64,000 bases of DNA from Mobula birostris (taxonomy: Eukaryota), in the NCBI RefSeq assembly GCF_030028105.1, contig NC_092371.1:10080181-10144180 (forward strand), given 5' to 3'. Below the pieces are notes generated by a model that worked only from the letters and a program-made list of their open reading frames with translations, was not told the origin of the DNA and searched no databases. Shown here piece by piece: positions 49,536 through 62,649 of the stretch; within the stretch, counting starts at the first letter, position 1; each line of letters starts with the position of its first letter. Made by a program: the position numbers and the translations under genes.

Positions 49536-51764
49536 GAGAAAGAAAAATGAGCTGCAGAGAGCTATAAACTCAGCCTCATCATGGGTACTAGCCCCCCATC
49601 ACCCAAGACATGCTATCTTCTCATTGCCACTATCAGGGAGGAGGTACACAAGCCTGAAGACACACACTCAACGATTCAGGAACAGCTTCTTCCCTCTGTC
49701 ATCCGATTTCCAAATGGACATTGAACTCATGAACACTACCTCACTACCTCTTTTTATTTTGATTTTTTCACTATTTATTTAATTTAACTGTTTAATATAT
49801 ACATAATACTTACTATAATTCGCAGTTTTCCCCTCTATTATTGTACTGCTGCAGCAAAGTTAACAAATTTCACGGCATACGCTGGTGGTATTAAACCTGA
49901 TTCTGATTCTGATTCCAAACCCTTGAAGTGTCAAGGCATGATGGACAATCTCAACGTGCGAAGACCCTGGGTCCAGAGACACGCTTTGAGCATCTATTGG
50001 CCATGGCTTGCCATTGGGAAACTGGCCCAGTGCCATGTGGGTCACTCTCAGGAGAGACGAATGTTAAGGGTGTAAACCCTGACAGTAAATCTGGAGTGAA
50101 GCCCCTAAGGGTGGCAAGATGACGTTCTATGCCTCCTCCTGGCAACTCCTGCAGCCGCGTTGGTATCAAATTGTACCAGTTCTACCTTTCCTTTGGAGTA
50201 CATCAGCAAGGCCACAGGGGTTTGGGCAGCCTAAGGTCTCCGTATCACCTGCCCTGGCTTGTAGCACCCTGGAGGGGTCACTCCAGTGATGTTGCAAGAC
50301 TTAGGCAGAACATGAGAAGTGGCAGTTACTGGTTCTAAGCTCACACCGATTGGTGTAGGAATGAGCACCACAGTTTCCTTCTGATGGTGGGTGAGATGAT
50401 TGCATCTTATTGGACAGCTACCACCCACCTCTAGCTGGGCAACCCCCAGCCAGTAAGGCACTGTCCCACCACGGCCTACCTGCTTCAGTGGGTGCGTGGA
50501 GCTTAGAGACTAACCTCAATGAGCAGGCTAAAACCCTGCACCAGGCAAACCTAGAGGAATCAAGAAGACTCCAGCTCTTCGTGTCGCAAGCTGGACCATG
50601 CGCTCAGGACTCATGAATGACATCCAACAGATCGATGAAGCTCACAAGGCTGCTGTCACAGACAGAGAACTCTGCAGACTGAATACTGACATGGCCTGCC
50701 TTCAGGAGACTCATCTGGAAGACAGCGGCTGTATCAGAGAGTCGAACTACACCTCCTTCTGGCAAGGGAAGCCTTGAGATGAGCCAAGACTGTCTGGTGT
50801 TGGCTTTATAGTGAAGAGCACACTAGCTGCAGCTGTTGAGCCCCCACTGGGGGAGGGGGGAACAGGCAGAATCCTTCTTCCTGCCTGACAATGTCATCTT
50901 CCCTGGTTGACTTTGCCAGCATCTACGCCCCCACTCTCGGCACCACCCCCAACGATAACAATCTCTTCTACGGGGCACTGGATGAAGCATTGCCCAAGAT
51001 ATCTAGCACTGTAGGGTTGTACCTGTTGGGAGACTTCAATGCCAGAGTAACAAGGCCTGCCCCAGCTGTTTAGGCCCACATGGAGTGAGAAAAATGAACA
51101 AAAATGGGTGGAGGCTGCTAGGACTCTGCTGTTACCATGGACTGTGCATGACCAAGACCTATCTCCAGTGCAAGGAGCTTCACAAGGTCTCATGGAAACC
51201 CCCACGATCTGATCACTGGCATCAGCTAGACCTTGTCATCACCACCTTATCACCCACAGTTATCACAATGCAGACTGTGACACCGACCTCTCCTCATAGC
51301 CAGCAAAGCGAGGAGCACACCAAAGAAGCTAAGAGGGAGGGTCGACCACGCATCTACACTTGCTGTGTGTTCAGTGCCGAGTGAACACGGAAGTTCATTG
51401 ATGGCTTTGAAGGTGCTTTGGCAGCCTCCACCTATGATGACAGCAAGTAGTTCTGTCTCCACGATGCCACTTTCAACTCAGCCATCACTGTTCGGTAAGA
51501 GAGGACGCACACGAGCAAACCAATATGAGGAAAGCCGGAAAGAAATGGAATCAGTGACTGAAGCCAAAAGAAGAGCCCTCCTTGCCTACAAGAATGATCC
51601 TAACCCTGGCACCCAAGAGCTTCTTTAAGGCTACAAGGAATAAGGCCTGGAAAATTGCTTCCTACTGTGCCAACAACTACTGGCTGAACTTGCACGGCAG
51701 TATCCAAACTGCTGCGGACATGGGATGTATGAGGCATGCGTGAAGGCATCAAGAAGGCCACAGG

Positions 51765-53337
51765 ATCTTTGTCCCTCTGTCCTCCATAACCCTGGGGTGG
51801 AGCAGATAATCTGCACCCGAGGGTTCTGAGGGAGGTGGCTGAAGAGGTTGTGGAAGCACAAGTAACGATCTTTCAAGAATCAATGGATACTGACATGGTT
51901 CCAGAGGACTGGAAAATTGCAAATGTCGCTCCACTCTTCAAGAAGGGAGAGAGGCAGAAGAAAGGAAATTATAGGCCAGTTAGTCATCAACGGTTGGCAA
52001 CATATTGGAGTCGATTGTTAAGGATGTAGTTTAGGGCTATTTGGAGGCACGTGATAAAATAGGTCATAGTCAACATGATTTTCCTCAAGGAAAAATCTTG
52101 CCTGTCAAATCTGTTGGGATTCTTTGAAGAAGTAACAAGCAGGATAGACAAAGGAGAATCAGTGGATGTTGTGTTTTTGGATTTTCAGAAGGCCTTTGAC
52201 AAAGTGCTACACGTGAGCTGCTTAACAAGCTATGGGCTCAGGGTATTACAGGAAAGATTCGAGTGGCTGGTTGGCAGGAGGCAAAGAGTGGGAATAAAGG
52301 GAGCCTTTTCTAGTTAGCTGCCAGTGACTTGTGGTGTTCCACAGGGGTCAGTGTTGGGACTGATCCTTTTTACATTATCTATCAGTGATTTGGATGATGG
52401 ATTTGATGGCTTTGTGGACAAGTTTGTGGATTATACGAAGATAGGTGGAGGGTAGGTAGTTTAAGGAAGTAGAGAGGCTACAGAAGGACTTGGATTAGGG
52501 GCATAGGCAAAGAAAAGGGAGATGGAATACAGTGTTGGCAAGAGCATGCTCTTTGGTAGAAGAAATAAAAATGGACTATTTTCTAAATGGGAGAAAATTC
52601 ACAAATCTGAGGTGCAAAGGGACTTGGGAGTCCTTGTGTGGAATTCCCTAAAGGTTAATTTTCAGGTTGGGTTGGTAGTGAGGAAGGCAAATGGAATGTT
52701 AAATATTCTTTTCAAGAGGGCTCGAATATAAAAGCAAGGATGTAATGCTGAGACTTTATAAAGCATTGGTGAGGCCTCACTTGCAGTACTATGATCAGTT
52801 TTGGGCCCCTTATCCAAGGAAGGATGTACTTACATTGGAGAAGGTTCGAAAGAGGTTTACGTAAATGATTCTGGGATTGAAAGGCTTATCATATGAGAAA
52901 CGTTTGATGCTCTGGGCCTTTACTTGCTGAAATTCAGAAGAGTAAGGGGGTTTCTAATTGAAACTATCGGATATGGAAGGGCCTTGATAGAGTGGACGTG
53001 GAGAGAATGTTTCCTATGGTGGTGGAGCCTAGGACCAGAGGGCACAGCCTCAAAATAGAGGGAAGTCCACTTAGGATGGAGATGAGGAAGAATTTTTTTT
53101 AGTCAGGGAATGCTGAATCTGCAGAATTCATTGCCACAGGCTGCTGTGGAAGTCATGTCATTGAGTATATTTAAGACAAGGGTTGATAGATTCTTGATTA
53201 GTCAATGCATGAAGGGACACAGAGGGAAGGCAGGAGATTGGGGCTGAGAGGGAAATGGGTCAGCCATGATGAAATGTTGGAGCAGGCTCGATGGGCCAGA
53301 TGGCCTAATTCTGCTCCTGTATCTTATGATCTTATAG
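51765..53337 (+). mobile_element. CR1 LINE RT fragment nested in the RTE
   Basis: VPEDWKIANVAPLFKKG..NYRPVS, VFLDFQKAFDKV; tcttatg tail. Confidence 0.92.
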
Positions 53338-55026
53338 ACTGCCCCTCTGAAGTGTAAGAATGGAGAAGTCATATCTGATCAAGGCAAGCAGCTTCAACAC
53401 TGGGTTGAACACTGTGTAGATTTGTACTCAGCTCAGAATGTGGTGACAAGCACTGCATCGAAACTATCCCAGACCTACCAGTCCCGGAGGAGCTAGACGC
53501 ACTGCCGACACTGGAAGACCTCAGCAAAGCCACTGACTATCTCGCTTGTGGGAAGACCCTTGGAAACGCTGTATCCCTCCAGAAGTTTTGAAGAGTGGCA
53601 AACCAATATTGCTGCACCATTTGCATGAGCTTCTCTGTCTCTGCTGGGCGAAAGGCTTCGTGCCACAAGATAGGCGAGACACCAACATGTACAATTCAAG
53701 GGCGATGGCAGTGTCTGTAACAACTACTGTGGCATCTCCCTCCTCAGCATTGTGGGAAAGGCCTTTGCACGAGTTGTTTTGGCACAGCTACAGCACCTTG
53801 CTAAACATGGCTACCCAGAGTCATGGTGTGGTTTTAGAGCACTCTGGATCTTCTCACTATGCCAGCTCCAGGAGGAGTGTCCAGAGCAGTAAAAACTATT
53901 CTTCATTGCATTCATTGACTCGACAAAGATGCTCGGCCTGGTTAGCAAAAGTGGGCTCTTCTGCTTGCTGCAGTAGATAGGCTAACCTCCGAAACTGCTG
54001 GGCTTGATCGCTTCCTTCCATGAAGGTGTGCCCAGTTCTGTTTGCTTCAACAGTGGAACTTACCAATCTTGACTTCCGGTCAAGGTGGTGCCAGCAAACT
54101 GTGCTACCTCGGATGCCACCTTTCAGATGGTTCATGAAACTTTGTTTCACTTCTTCTACATCTTTTTATCTTAATAGTGTTTCTAATACTGTTGGAGGCT
54201 GTGATATAAGTTTGAGATTGATTGAGCAGTCTGGCGCTTTGCAGTCTCTGAGAAGGTCCCAGGAGGCCAGTGGCCTCGAGGCAAAGAAGCTTAAAGATGA
54301 GATGTGAGCCCGCGATCGACTCCATCTCTTACTGATCTTGCCAATTAGAACATCGAGGAAGATTGAAACATCGAAGTGAATGTGATGAGAAGCGTTCAGC
54401 GCCATCTACCAGCCTCTCACTTGCTGCTGCCAGAGAAGGTGTCTGCGTGTGACGGATCTCTCACCCGCTCAAATGATCTCTCCCACAATGCTGTCGGAGG
54501 ATGTTACCAAAGTTGGCAATTTGCGGACTGTGATTTAAACTGGACTCTTTCAGTTTGATGTTTTTATATTCTGTGTTTTCAGGGATTCTTTCTTATTGCC
54601 GTTCGTGCAATTTGTTTATTTTTGTGTGGGGGGGGTGGTTTGATGTTCTTGTTGCCATTGGTGCATTTTTTTGTGTGTGGGGGTTTTAATGTTCTTGTCA
54701 TTTGCATGATTTGTTGTTTTTTACATGGGAGGGTTGATATTTTTGTTGCTGTTTACGCAAGTTTTTTTTCTGTGTGTAGGGGTGGGGTGGTTGATGTTTT
54801 TCTTTGAACTGCTTCCATGGTTTTTTTTGTTTTGTGGCCAGCTGTAGAAGAAGAATCTCAGGGTTGTATACTGCAGACATACTTTGATAATAAATGCAAG
54901 TGAACCTTGAATTTTGGAAGATTTTCCAGTGAGCAGCGGAATAGAGCAAGGCTGCACTCTGGCACCAACACACTTGAGCATCTTCTTGTATGTGCTGCTT
55001 CAGTATACTTTTGGAGATTGCGCCAA

Positions 55027-55409
55027 TGGCATTTCCCTACATACCAGAACTGACAGTGCCCAGGGCATCTCCCTACATACCAGAACTGTCAGCCTGAGGG
55101 CATCTCCCTACATACCAGAACTGACAGCCTGAGGGCATCTCCCTACATACCAGAACTGTCAGCCTGAGGGCATCTCCCTACATACCAGAACTGTCAGCCT
55201 GAGGGCATCTCCCTACATACCAGAACTGTCAGCCTGAGGGCATCCCTCTACATACCAGAACTGTCAGCCTGAGGGCATCTCCCTACATACCAGAACTGAC
55301 AGTGCCCAGGGCATCTCCCTACATACCAGAACTGTCAGCCTGAGGGCATCTCCCTACATACCAGAACTGTCAGCCTGAGGGCATCTCCCTACATACCAGA
55401 ACTGTCAGC
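55027..55409. repeat. 35-bp minisatellite (gggcatctccctacataccagaactgtcagcctga)n inside the RTE RT
   Basis: About eleven units, directly visible. Confidence 0.95.
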
Positions 55410-55849
55410 AGTCTCTTCGACATTGCTCACCATTACTCTAAGACCAGGCTCTGAGAGGTCTTCATTTGAGAGCTGTTGTTCACTGTCGACGCAGCACTAA
55501 CTTCCCACACGGAAGCCCAACTGCTGGATGTCATTGACCACCTGTTCCATGGCTTCAAGGAGTTTGGGCTGACCATCAGCCTGAAGACAACTGTCATGGC
55601 CCAGGGCACTGACTCCCTCGCACCCATCACCATCGATGGTCACACTCTAGAGGTGGTTAACTCCTTCACCTGTCACAAATGCTCTGACTTTTGATGCTGC
55701 ACTGAGCAACCAGGCTGCAGCTGTCATGGCTAGGCTGAACAAGAGAGTGTGGCTGGGAATACCAAGCTGCATGTGTACCAGACCTGTGCTCTTGGCACTC
55801 TCCTCTACAGTTGTGAAGCCTGGAAAATCTGTGCTAGGAAAGTGACGAA

Positions 55850-56405
55850 AGTGATCAGCAATACACACAGCAACCCAGGCAGCATCTACAGAAAAGAGTG
55901 AACACTCAGTGTTTCGGGCCAAGATCCTTCTTCAGGAGCGAGGTGCCTGAATTAAAAGGTTGGGGGGTGGGGTTGAAAGGCTATCTGGAAGGTGGTAGGT
56001 GAAACCAGGTGGATGGGAAAGGTCAAGGGTTGGCGAAGAAAGAATCTGATAGGGGGGGTAGAGTGGACCAAAGGTGAAAGGGACGGGGAAGGGGAGCCGG
56101 GGGAAGTAATAGGCAGGTGAGACGAAGTAAAAGGTCGCAATGGGGAATAGAAGGGGGTGGTGGTGATTGTTTGTTCACCGGAAGGAGAAATCGATATTCA
56201 TGCCATCAGGTTGAAGGGTACCCCGATGGAATATGAGGTGTTGCTCCTCCACCCTGAGGGTGGCCTCATCTGGGCACTGGAGGAGGCCATGGAAGGACGC
56301 ATTGTAACGGGAATTGAAATGTTTGGGCACTGGGAAGTCCTGCTTGTGGCGGATGGTGCGGAGGTGCTCGATGAAGCGGTCCCCCAATTTACAACGTGTC
56401 TCACT
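55850..56405 (-). mobile_element. Penelope-like element 3' fragment encoding the GIY-YIG endonuclease C-terminus
   Basis: ETRCKLGDRFIEHLRTI..PVPKHFN..EEQHLIFHRGTLQPDGMNIDF; terminal ctgaagaaggatcttggcccgaaac motif near 55910-55936. Confidence 0.85.
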
Positions 56406-57437
56406 GCGGATCCTGCACATATCTTGGCAGCACAGAGCCACGAAATCAGAGGTCTTACAATGTGCAGGCATCCTCAGTACATTTGCCCTCCTCAGCCCTG
56501 GGCGGCTCAGATTAGGATGTGTCAGGCGGTTGGGCTCTAGTTGAATCCTGAAAGACCTGCTGTGTGTGCCCAGTTGGTCGCTCACAGATTTGCTTCAAAG
56601 ACGTCTGCAAAAAGGATCTGAAGCTGGCCGGTACTGAGAAGATAGAATAGACGACCGGGCTGCCTGGAGCCTGGCAGTTCAAAAGGGCAAGTGCAAAGAG
56701 CAGAAAGTACCCTCATCAACGAGCTAGCTGCGAAGAGAGCTCAACGGACGGAGAGGGGCCGCCCCAACCGGACACCAGTCTTCTTTCACCTACGGCCTGT
56801 GAGGAAGAGACTGTTACTCCAGAGTGGGACACCTCAGCCACCTCTAGGAAGTGCACCACCACGAGCTGACTTTTGCTGTGTGCAACCCAGCATCCTTCGA
56901 GACAGTAGGATGCCAACTAATGAACTGGGCAACACAGCTGCCCTAGTGGGTCACAGTACTGGAATTCCGAAACAAATCCAGCCTCCAGCGCTGACTGCCG
57001 CTGCAGTTTCCGCCCAGGTCCCAGTGGTTAGCATGTGGGGACGAGGCAGCGTCTAGATGGGCTGAAGGGCCTGTTTCTGTGCTGTAGTTTTCTATGACTC
57101 CATGAGAATAAGCTGGGCAGTGTTAGGGCGAGCAGCATGGTATATCTTTACGGTTCCAGCGATCTGGGGTTCAATTCCCACTGCTGAGTGTAAATACGTT
57201 CTCTTTGTGACCACGTGGGTTTCCTCCAGGGGCTCTGGTTTCCTCCTACTTTCCAAAGAGATACAGGTTGGGGTTAGTGAGTTGTGGGCACGCTATGTTT
57301 ATGTTGGACCCTTGCAGGCTGCCCCCAGCAAAATCCTTGGACTGTTGGTCGCAAACAGCTCATTTCACTGTGTGTTTTGATGTATGTGTGACAAATAAAG
57401 CTAATCTTTAAACCTTTATTTTCTCCCTGTCTGACAG

Positions 57438-57527
57438 CATTTTCCAGATCTGTTGTTGACTGAGGAGGAGCAGCGATTGCTGAGCCAGGAAGGCATCATG
57501 CTGCCTAGCAACCTACCGCTGACTAAG
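57438..57527 (+). CDS. CREB3L4: CREB3L4 coding exon (HFPDLLLTEEEQRLLSQEGIMLPSNLPLTK), ATB region
   Basis: LTEEE.RLL..EG..LP..LPLTK hallmark; 90 nt phase 0/0. Confidence 0.95.
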
Positions 57528-57654
57528 GTATCCTGGCAACTGTCACCAACATCCCACCACCAGACCACAGTAACTGGGGCAAGAGAGGGTCTGGGGATGA
57601 GGGAAGGAGTTCCGTAACTCCAGCCAGAGCAGGAGTGGTACAGAGACTGGAAAG

Positions 57655-57910
57655 TATGTAGGGGCCTGGAAGGGGAGGGGATACAGAGACAGAAGGTGTG
57701 TAGGGGCCAGAGGGGTTACTGAGACAAGGGGGGGGTGTAGGGGCTGGAGGAGGTTACAGAGACAGGGAGGGGTGTAGGGGCTGGAGGGGGTTACTGAGAC
57801 AAGGGGAGTGTAGGGGCTGGAGGGGGTTACAGAGACAGGGAGGGGTGTAGGGGCTGGAGGGGGTTACAGAGACAGAGAGGGACATAGGGGTAGAGTGGGT
57901 TACAGAGATG
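57655..57910. repeat. About 36-38-bp G-rich minisatellite (taggggctggagggggttacagagacagggaggggtg)n
   Basis: Directly visible tandem units. Confidence 0.85.
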
Positions 57911-58599
57911 GGGAGGGGTTCAGGGGGTGGGGGCCATACAGAGATGGGTTGGCGCGTAGGGTCACACTGGGACGGGGTGAGGTGTAGGGTCACACAGATG
58001 GGGAGGCATGTAGGGTCACACAGTGACAGGGTAAGGTACATAGGCACACAGAGTGTTTGGGAGGGTACTGACATCCTGAGGGATCTCAACTGAGATGAAA
58101 GTGTTGCTCCATTTGGGAACAATTCAGGTCGCCCGTTAATGGGACACTGAGGGAGAAGAGCCCTTGGGTTAGCGGAGGGAATGGGAGTAGTGGAGTCACG
58201 CAAGGGGTGCTACGTGAAGGCAAGCAAAGCAGACTGATGTTGCTGAGAAGGGAACAGAAACATACCCTGCGCTATTGACTGTGCCTCATGCTGGGGATGC
58301 TTAAGACTGTCCTCCCAACCTGGTCATTTCCCATAAGAACCTAGGAGCTGAATTGGGCCATTTGCCCCTTTGACCCTGCTCTGCCATTCAGTCATGGCTG
58401 ATTTATTTTTCTTCCCAATCCCATTTTCCTGCCTTCTCCCTGCAACCTTTGACACCCTTACTAATCAAGAACCTATCAACGTCTGTTTTAAGTGTAGCCA
58501 ATCACTTGGCCCCACAGACATCTGTGGCAATGAATTCCACAGATCCACCATCCTCTCGTGAGTAGATGTCCTTGTATTCTGTGACCTCTGGTTCTAGAC

Positions 58600-58901
58600 G
58601 TGGGCACGTGGCCAAGTGGTTAAGGCATTGGACTAGCGATCTGAATGTCGTGAGTTCGAGCCCCAGCCGAGGGAACGTGTTGTGTCCTTGAGCAAGGCAC
58701 TTAATCACACATTGCTCTGCGACGACACTGGTGCCAAGCTGTATGGGTCCGAATGCCCTTCCCTTGGACAGCATTGGTGTCGTGAAGAGGGGAGACTTGC
58801 AGCATGGGCAACTGCTGGTCTTCCATACAACCTTGCCCAGGCCTGCGCCCTGGAGAGTGAAGACTTTCCAGGCGCAGATCCATGGTCTTGCAAGACCTAA
58901 C
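58600..58901 (+). mobile_element. tRNA-derived SINE with RTE-like tail
   Basis: A box tggccaagtgg, B box gttcgagcc, core gtgtccttgagcaaggcactt; TSD ggttctagac / ggtcctagac. Confidence 0.8.
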
Positions 58902-61027
58902 GGTCCTAGACTCTCCCTCAATTGGAAATATTCTCTCCACATCATCTTCCTTACTCCCGTCTCTCCTTTCTCCTCCCCCTACTTTATCTGGTCACTCTCC
59001 CCTTTCCAAATCCTTACTCCTACATTCTGTCCTTTGTTACTCCCTCACATTCCAGTGTATTGTCATGGGCAGATATGCACAGGGAATAAATAGCATGAAA
59101 ATCATGGTATGTAGCATGAGTGTGAGTACCCTCGCTTTACAACACCAGTGATCACCGACTGGTGTTCGATTCCTGCCGCTGTCTGTGAGGGGTTTGCACG
59201 TTCTCCCTGTGATTGCGTAGGTTTCCTCCCACATTCCAAAGACGTACGGGTAGGGGTTAGTGAGTTGTGGGCACCTTATGTTGATGCAACACTTGCGGGC
59301 TGCCCCCAAAACACCCTGCTGCTGTGTTGGCCGTTGACATAAACGATGCACTTTGCCATGTATTTCAATGTACATGTGACAAATAGAAAGTAATCCTAAA
59401 TTAAATTAGCTTTTTATACTGGCATAAATGAACATAAATCATGCGTAACTTGCAGAAGTGCAAAATAAACATGACAATGGAGCAGAATTGAGCCATATGG
59501 CCTCTCAATCATGTCAATGCTAGTGCACGATTGAGAGCCAGGGAAAGTGAAATGTAGTCGGACATAGTGTTCAGGTATTTCAGCTTGGTTCGAGAACCTG
59601 ATGGCAGTGGGGAAGAAGCTGTTGAGCTGTGGGTCTTCAGGCTCCTGTACCTCTTGCCTGATGGCAGCATTGAGAAGGGGGCACAGCCTGGATAGTCCGG
59701 GGTCCCTGATGGTGGATATCACCTTCCTGAGACACCGTCTCTTGTAAATGTTGCCTGATGGCTGGGAGAGCCGTGTCCATAATGGAACTGGCTGAGTCCA
59801 CTGCTTTCTGCAGCCTTTTGCAAGTCTGGGCATTCGAGTCTCTGCAATGCAGACAGTCAGAGCACTTTCCAGTGTACATCTGTAGAAATTTGTCACTCTT
59901 TGATGACAGGCTGAATGGTGTTAAACTTCTAAACCATTTATCAATCAGTATTAATCACCAGGCTTCTAAATGATTTATTAATCACCAGACTTCTAAACCA
60001 TTTATCAATCAGTATTAATCACCAGGCTTCTAAACCTGGGCCTCTGTTCCTCTCTCTGCAACTGAATCCTTGGTTTCCTCATCAGGGTCTACAGTCAGTA
60101 TGGATCAGTTATAACATTTCCTCACTGACAATCAGCACAGGCATTCCTCGAAGACGCCTGTTTAGCACATTGCTCTACTGTCTCTACAGTCAAGACTGTG
60201 TTGCTAAGCACAGCTCAAGCACCATCTATCAACTCGCTGATGATGCAACTGTTGTTGGCAGAGTCTCAGATGGTGTTGAGGAGGCGGACGTAGATTGGCT
60301 GGTTGAGTGGTGTCACAATGATAACCTCATTCAGTGCCAACAGGTCCAAGGAATTGATTGTGGACTTCAAGAAGGGGAAGTCGAGAGAATGCACACCACT
60401 CCTCACTGAGGTGTCAGCGATGGAAAGGGTGAGCAACTTCAAGTTCCTGGGTGCCAACATTTATCCCGGGCCCAACGTATTGATGCGATCACAAAAAAGT
60501 CAGAGCAGTGGCTATATTTCGTTAGGAGTTTGAGGAGATTTGGTATGTCACCAAGAACTCTTACAGAGGTACAGTGGAGAGCATTTGGACTCTGCAACAC
60601 CGTCTGGTACAGAGGCACCAAAGCACAGGCTTGCAAGAGCCTCCGGAGGTTTCCAGACCTAGCCAGCTCCACGAGCCACCCCACCAATAAGGATATCTTC
60701 AAAAGGCGATGCCTCAAGAAGGTGACATCTTGAAGGTGACCCTCTTCTTGTTACTACCATGCAGGGAGGAGGTACAGGAGCCTGAAGATACACATTCAGT
60801 GTTTAAGGAACAGCCCTTCATCTCCACTGTCAGATTTCTGATTGGTCCATGAACACTACTTCACTAATCCTTTTTCTGCACTATCTCATTATTTTAGTAA
60901 TTTATAGTAATGGTATGTCTTTGCACCATACTGCTGCCGCAAGACAACGCATTTTATGTCATATAAATCGGTGATAATAAACCTGATTCAGATCAGACCC
61001 TTTGTCCCCCTCACCACATCTCCTCAG

Positions 61028-61134
61028 GCAGAAGAGCGGATTCTTAAAAAGGTTCGGAGGAAGATCCGGAACAAGCAGTCCGCTCAGGAAAGTCGCCGTC
61101 GGAAGAAGGAATACATTGATGGACTAGAGAGCAG
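61028..61134 (+). CDS. CREB3L4: CREB3L4 bZIP basic-region exon ([36 protein letters not shown])
   Basis: Near-identical to the CREB3L4 basic region; ctcag acceptor, gtaaag donor, 107 nt phase 0/2. Gene continues beyond the window. Confidence 0.96.
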
Positions 61135-61199
61135 GTAAAGAGTGGGTATTCAGCATGCTGGGATTGGTGGGGTTTGGCTAAGGCTTTGGCCTTGAAGAG

Positions 61200-62290
61200 G
61201 GACAGGCCGTTATGTTAGAGGTGTACAAGACATTGGAGCAGCTGCATTTGGAATATTTTCCATTTCAATTCGACTTCCCATTCCCATTCCAACATGTTTT
61301 GTTCGTGGCCTCCTCTATTGTCATAATGAGCCCTGGTTGGAGAAGCATCACCTCGTATTCCATCTGAGTAGCCTCCAATCTGATGGCATGAACATCGATT
61401 TCTCCAACTTTCAGTGATTTCTCCAACTTCCACTAATTTCTCCCCCACCCCTCCTTTTTTCCATTCCCCATGCTGCTTCCCTCTCAACCTTTCTCCTCAC
61501 CTGCCCATCAACTCCCTCTGGTTCCTCTCCTCCTTCCCTTTCTTCCATGTTCCTCTGTCCTCACCTATCAGATACCTTCTTCAGCCCTCCACCTCTTCTA
61601 CCTATCACCTCCCAGTCTTACTTCATTCCCCCCTCCCCATCCACCCACATTTCCCCCTCATCTACCCACATTCCCTCTCATCTGTTCTCTCCTGTCAGCT
61701 GCCAACTTGTACTCCGTTCCCTCCTCCCACCTTCTTATCCTAGCTTCTACCCACCTTCCCTGCCAGTCCTGATGAAGAGTCTTGGCCAGCATCATGTGTT
61801 TATGACTTGGAATATTTTGTTCAATTTTGGTTTCCCTGCTATAGGAAAGTTGACATTAAGCTGGAAAGAGTGCAGAGGAGATTTACAAGGACATTCCTGG
61901 GACTTGAGGGACTGAGTTATGGAAGAGGCTGAGCAGGTTGGGACTTACTTTCATGAAGCATAGGAGACTGAGAGGTGATCTTGTAGTGGTGTATAAATCA
62001 TGAGGGGCATAGATAGAGTGTATGCTCAGAGGGTTGGGGAATCAAGAACTGGAGAGCACAGGTTTATGGTAAGAGGGGAGAGACTTAATAGAAGCCTAAG
62101 GGGAAACCTTTTTGAATTGGAACTATCTACCAGAGGAAGTGGTTGAGGTAGGTATATTAACAACGTTTAAAAGGTACTTGGACAAGTCCAAGGAGAAGGA
62201 ACGTTTTATAAGGATACACCCAAACTAAGTAAATGGGACTAGCTTAAATAAGGTTTTGGTTGGCCAGGACTTGGGCTGCAGGGCCTACTT
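61200..62290 (+). mobile_element. CR1 fragment interrupted by a PLE 3' fragment (about 61260-61790)
   Basis: CR1 text ggaatatttt resumes at 61809; the insert has SLQSDGMNIDF and a truncated cagtcctgatgaagagtcttggcc. Confidence 0.7.
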
Positions 62291-62649
62291 CCATGGGATG
62301 GGGGCTAGAATGGATTATGGGGCAAAGGTTGGATGGAGGAGCCAGGATTTGTTAGGTTGGTACAGGGACAACATCCGTGGGCTGGAAGTAGTAAGTAGGA
62401 GAGGGGTGGTGAGAGGGTGGTTTGGGAAGGGGACTGGTGTGAAGCAGGCAAGAGGTGTGTGTTTGGTCTGCAGGTAGAAAAGGGGCAAGTCTGGGGTTGG
62501 GTTGGTTGACACACAACACAGTACAGCAGAAACAGGTCCTTCGGCCCATGATGTGGTGCAGGTTAAAATAATCCCCTCTGCTTGCGAGTGATCTCCATGT
62601 ATTCATTCCCTTTGTAGTCATTTCCCTCTTGAAAACCTCTGGCACATCA

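Larger units (their letters stand above)
49940..56920 (+). mobile_element. Decayed near-full-length RTE-clade LINE interrupted by CR1, PLE and other insertions
   Basis: EN motifs ACLQETHL..YTSFWQGK, SIYAPTL, LLGDFNARV (50690-51050); RT motifs GISLLSIVGKAFARV (about 53730), SGIEQGCTLAPT (54933), LLFTVDAAL; gagacagtaggatgcc 3' end. Confidence 0.8.

Noticed and set aside
58600-58672. tRNA gene
   Set aside because: A/B boxes are present but there is no proper acceptor stem, and the sequence runs on into a SINE body bounded by a TSD.
59925-60035. Short direct duplication (ttctaaaccatttatcaatcagtattaatcaccaggcttctaaa)
   Set aside because: Ordinary local slippage duplication between LINE remnants, with no functional signal.
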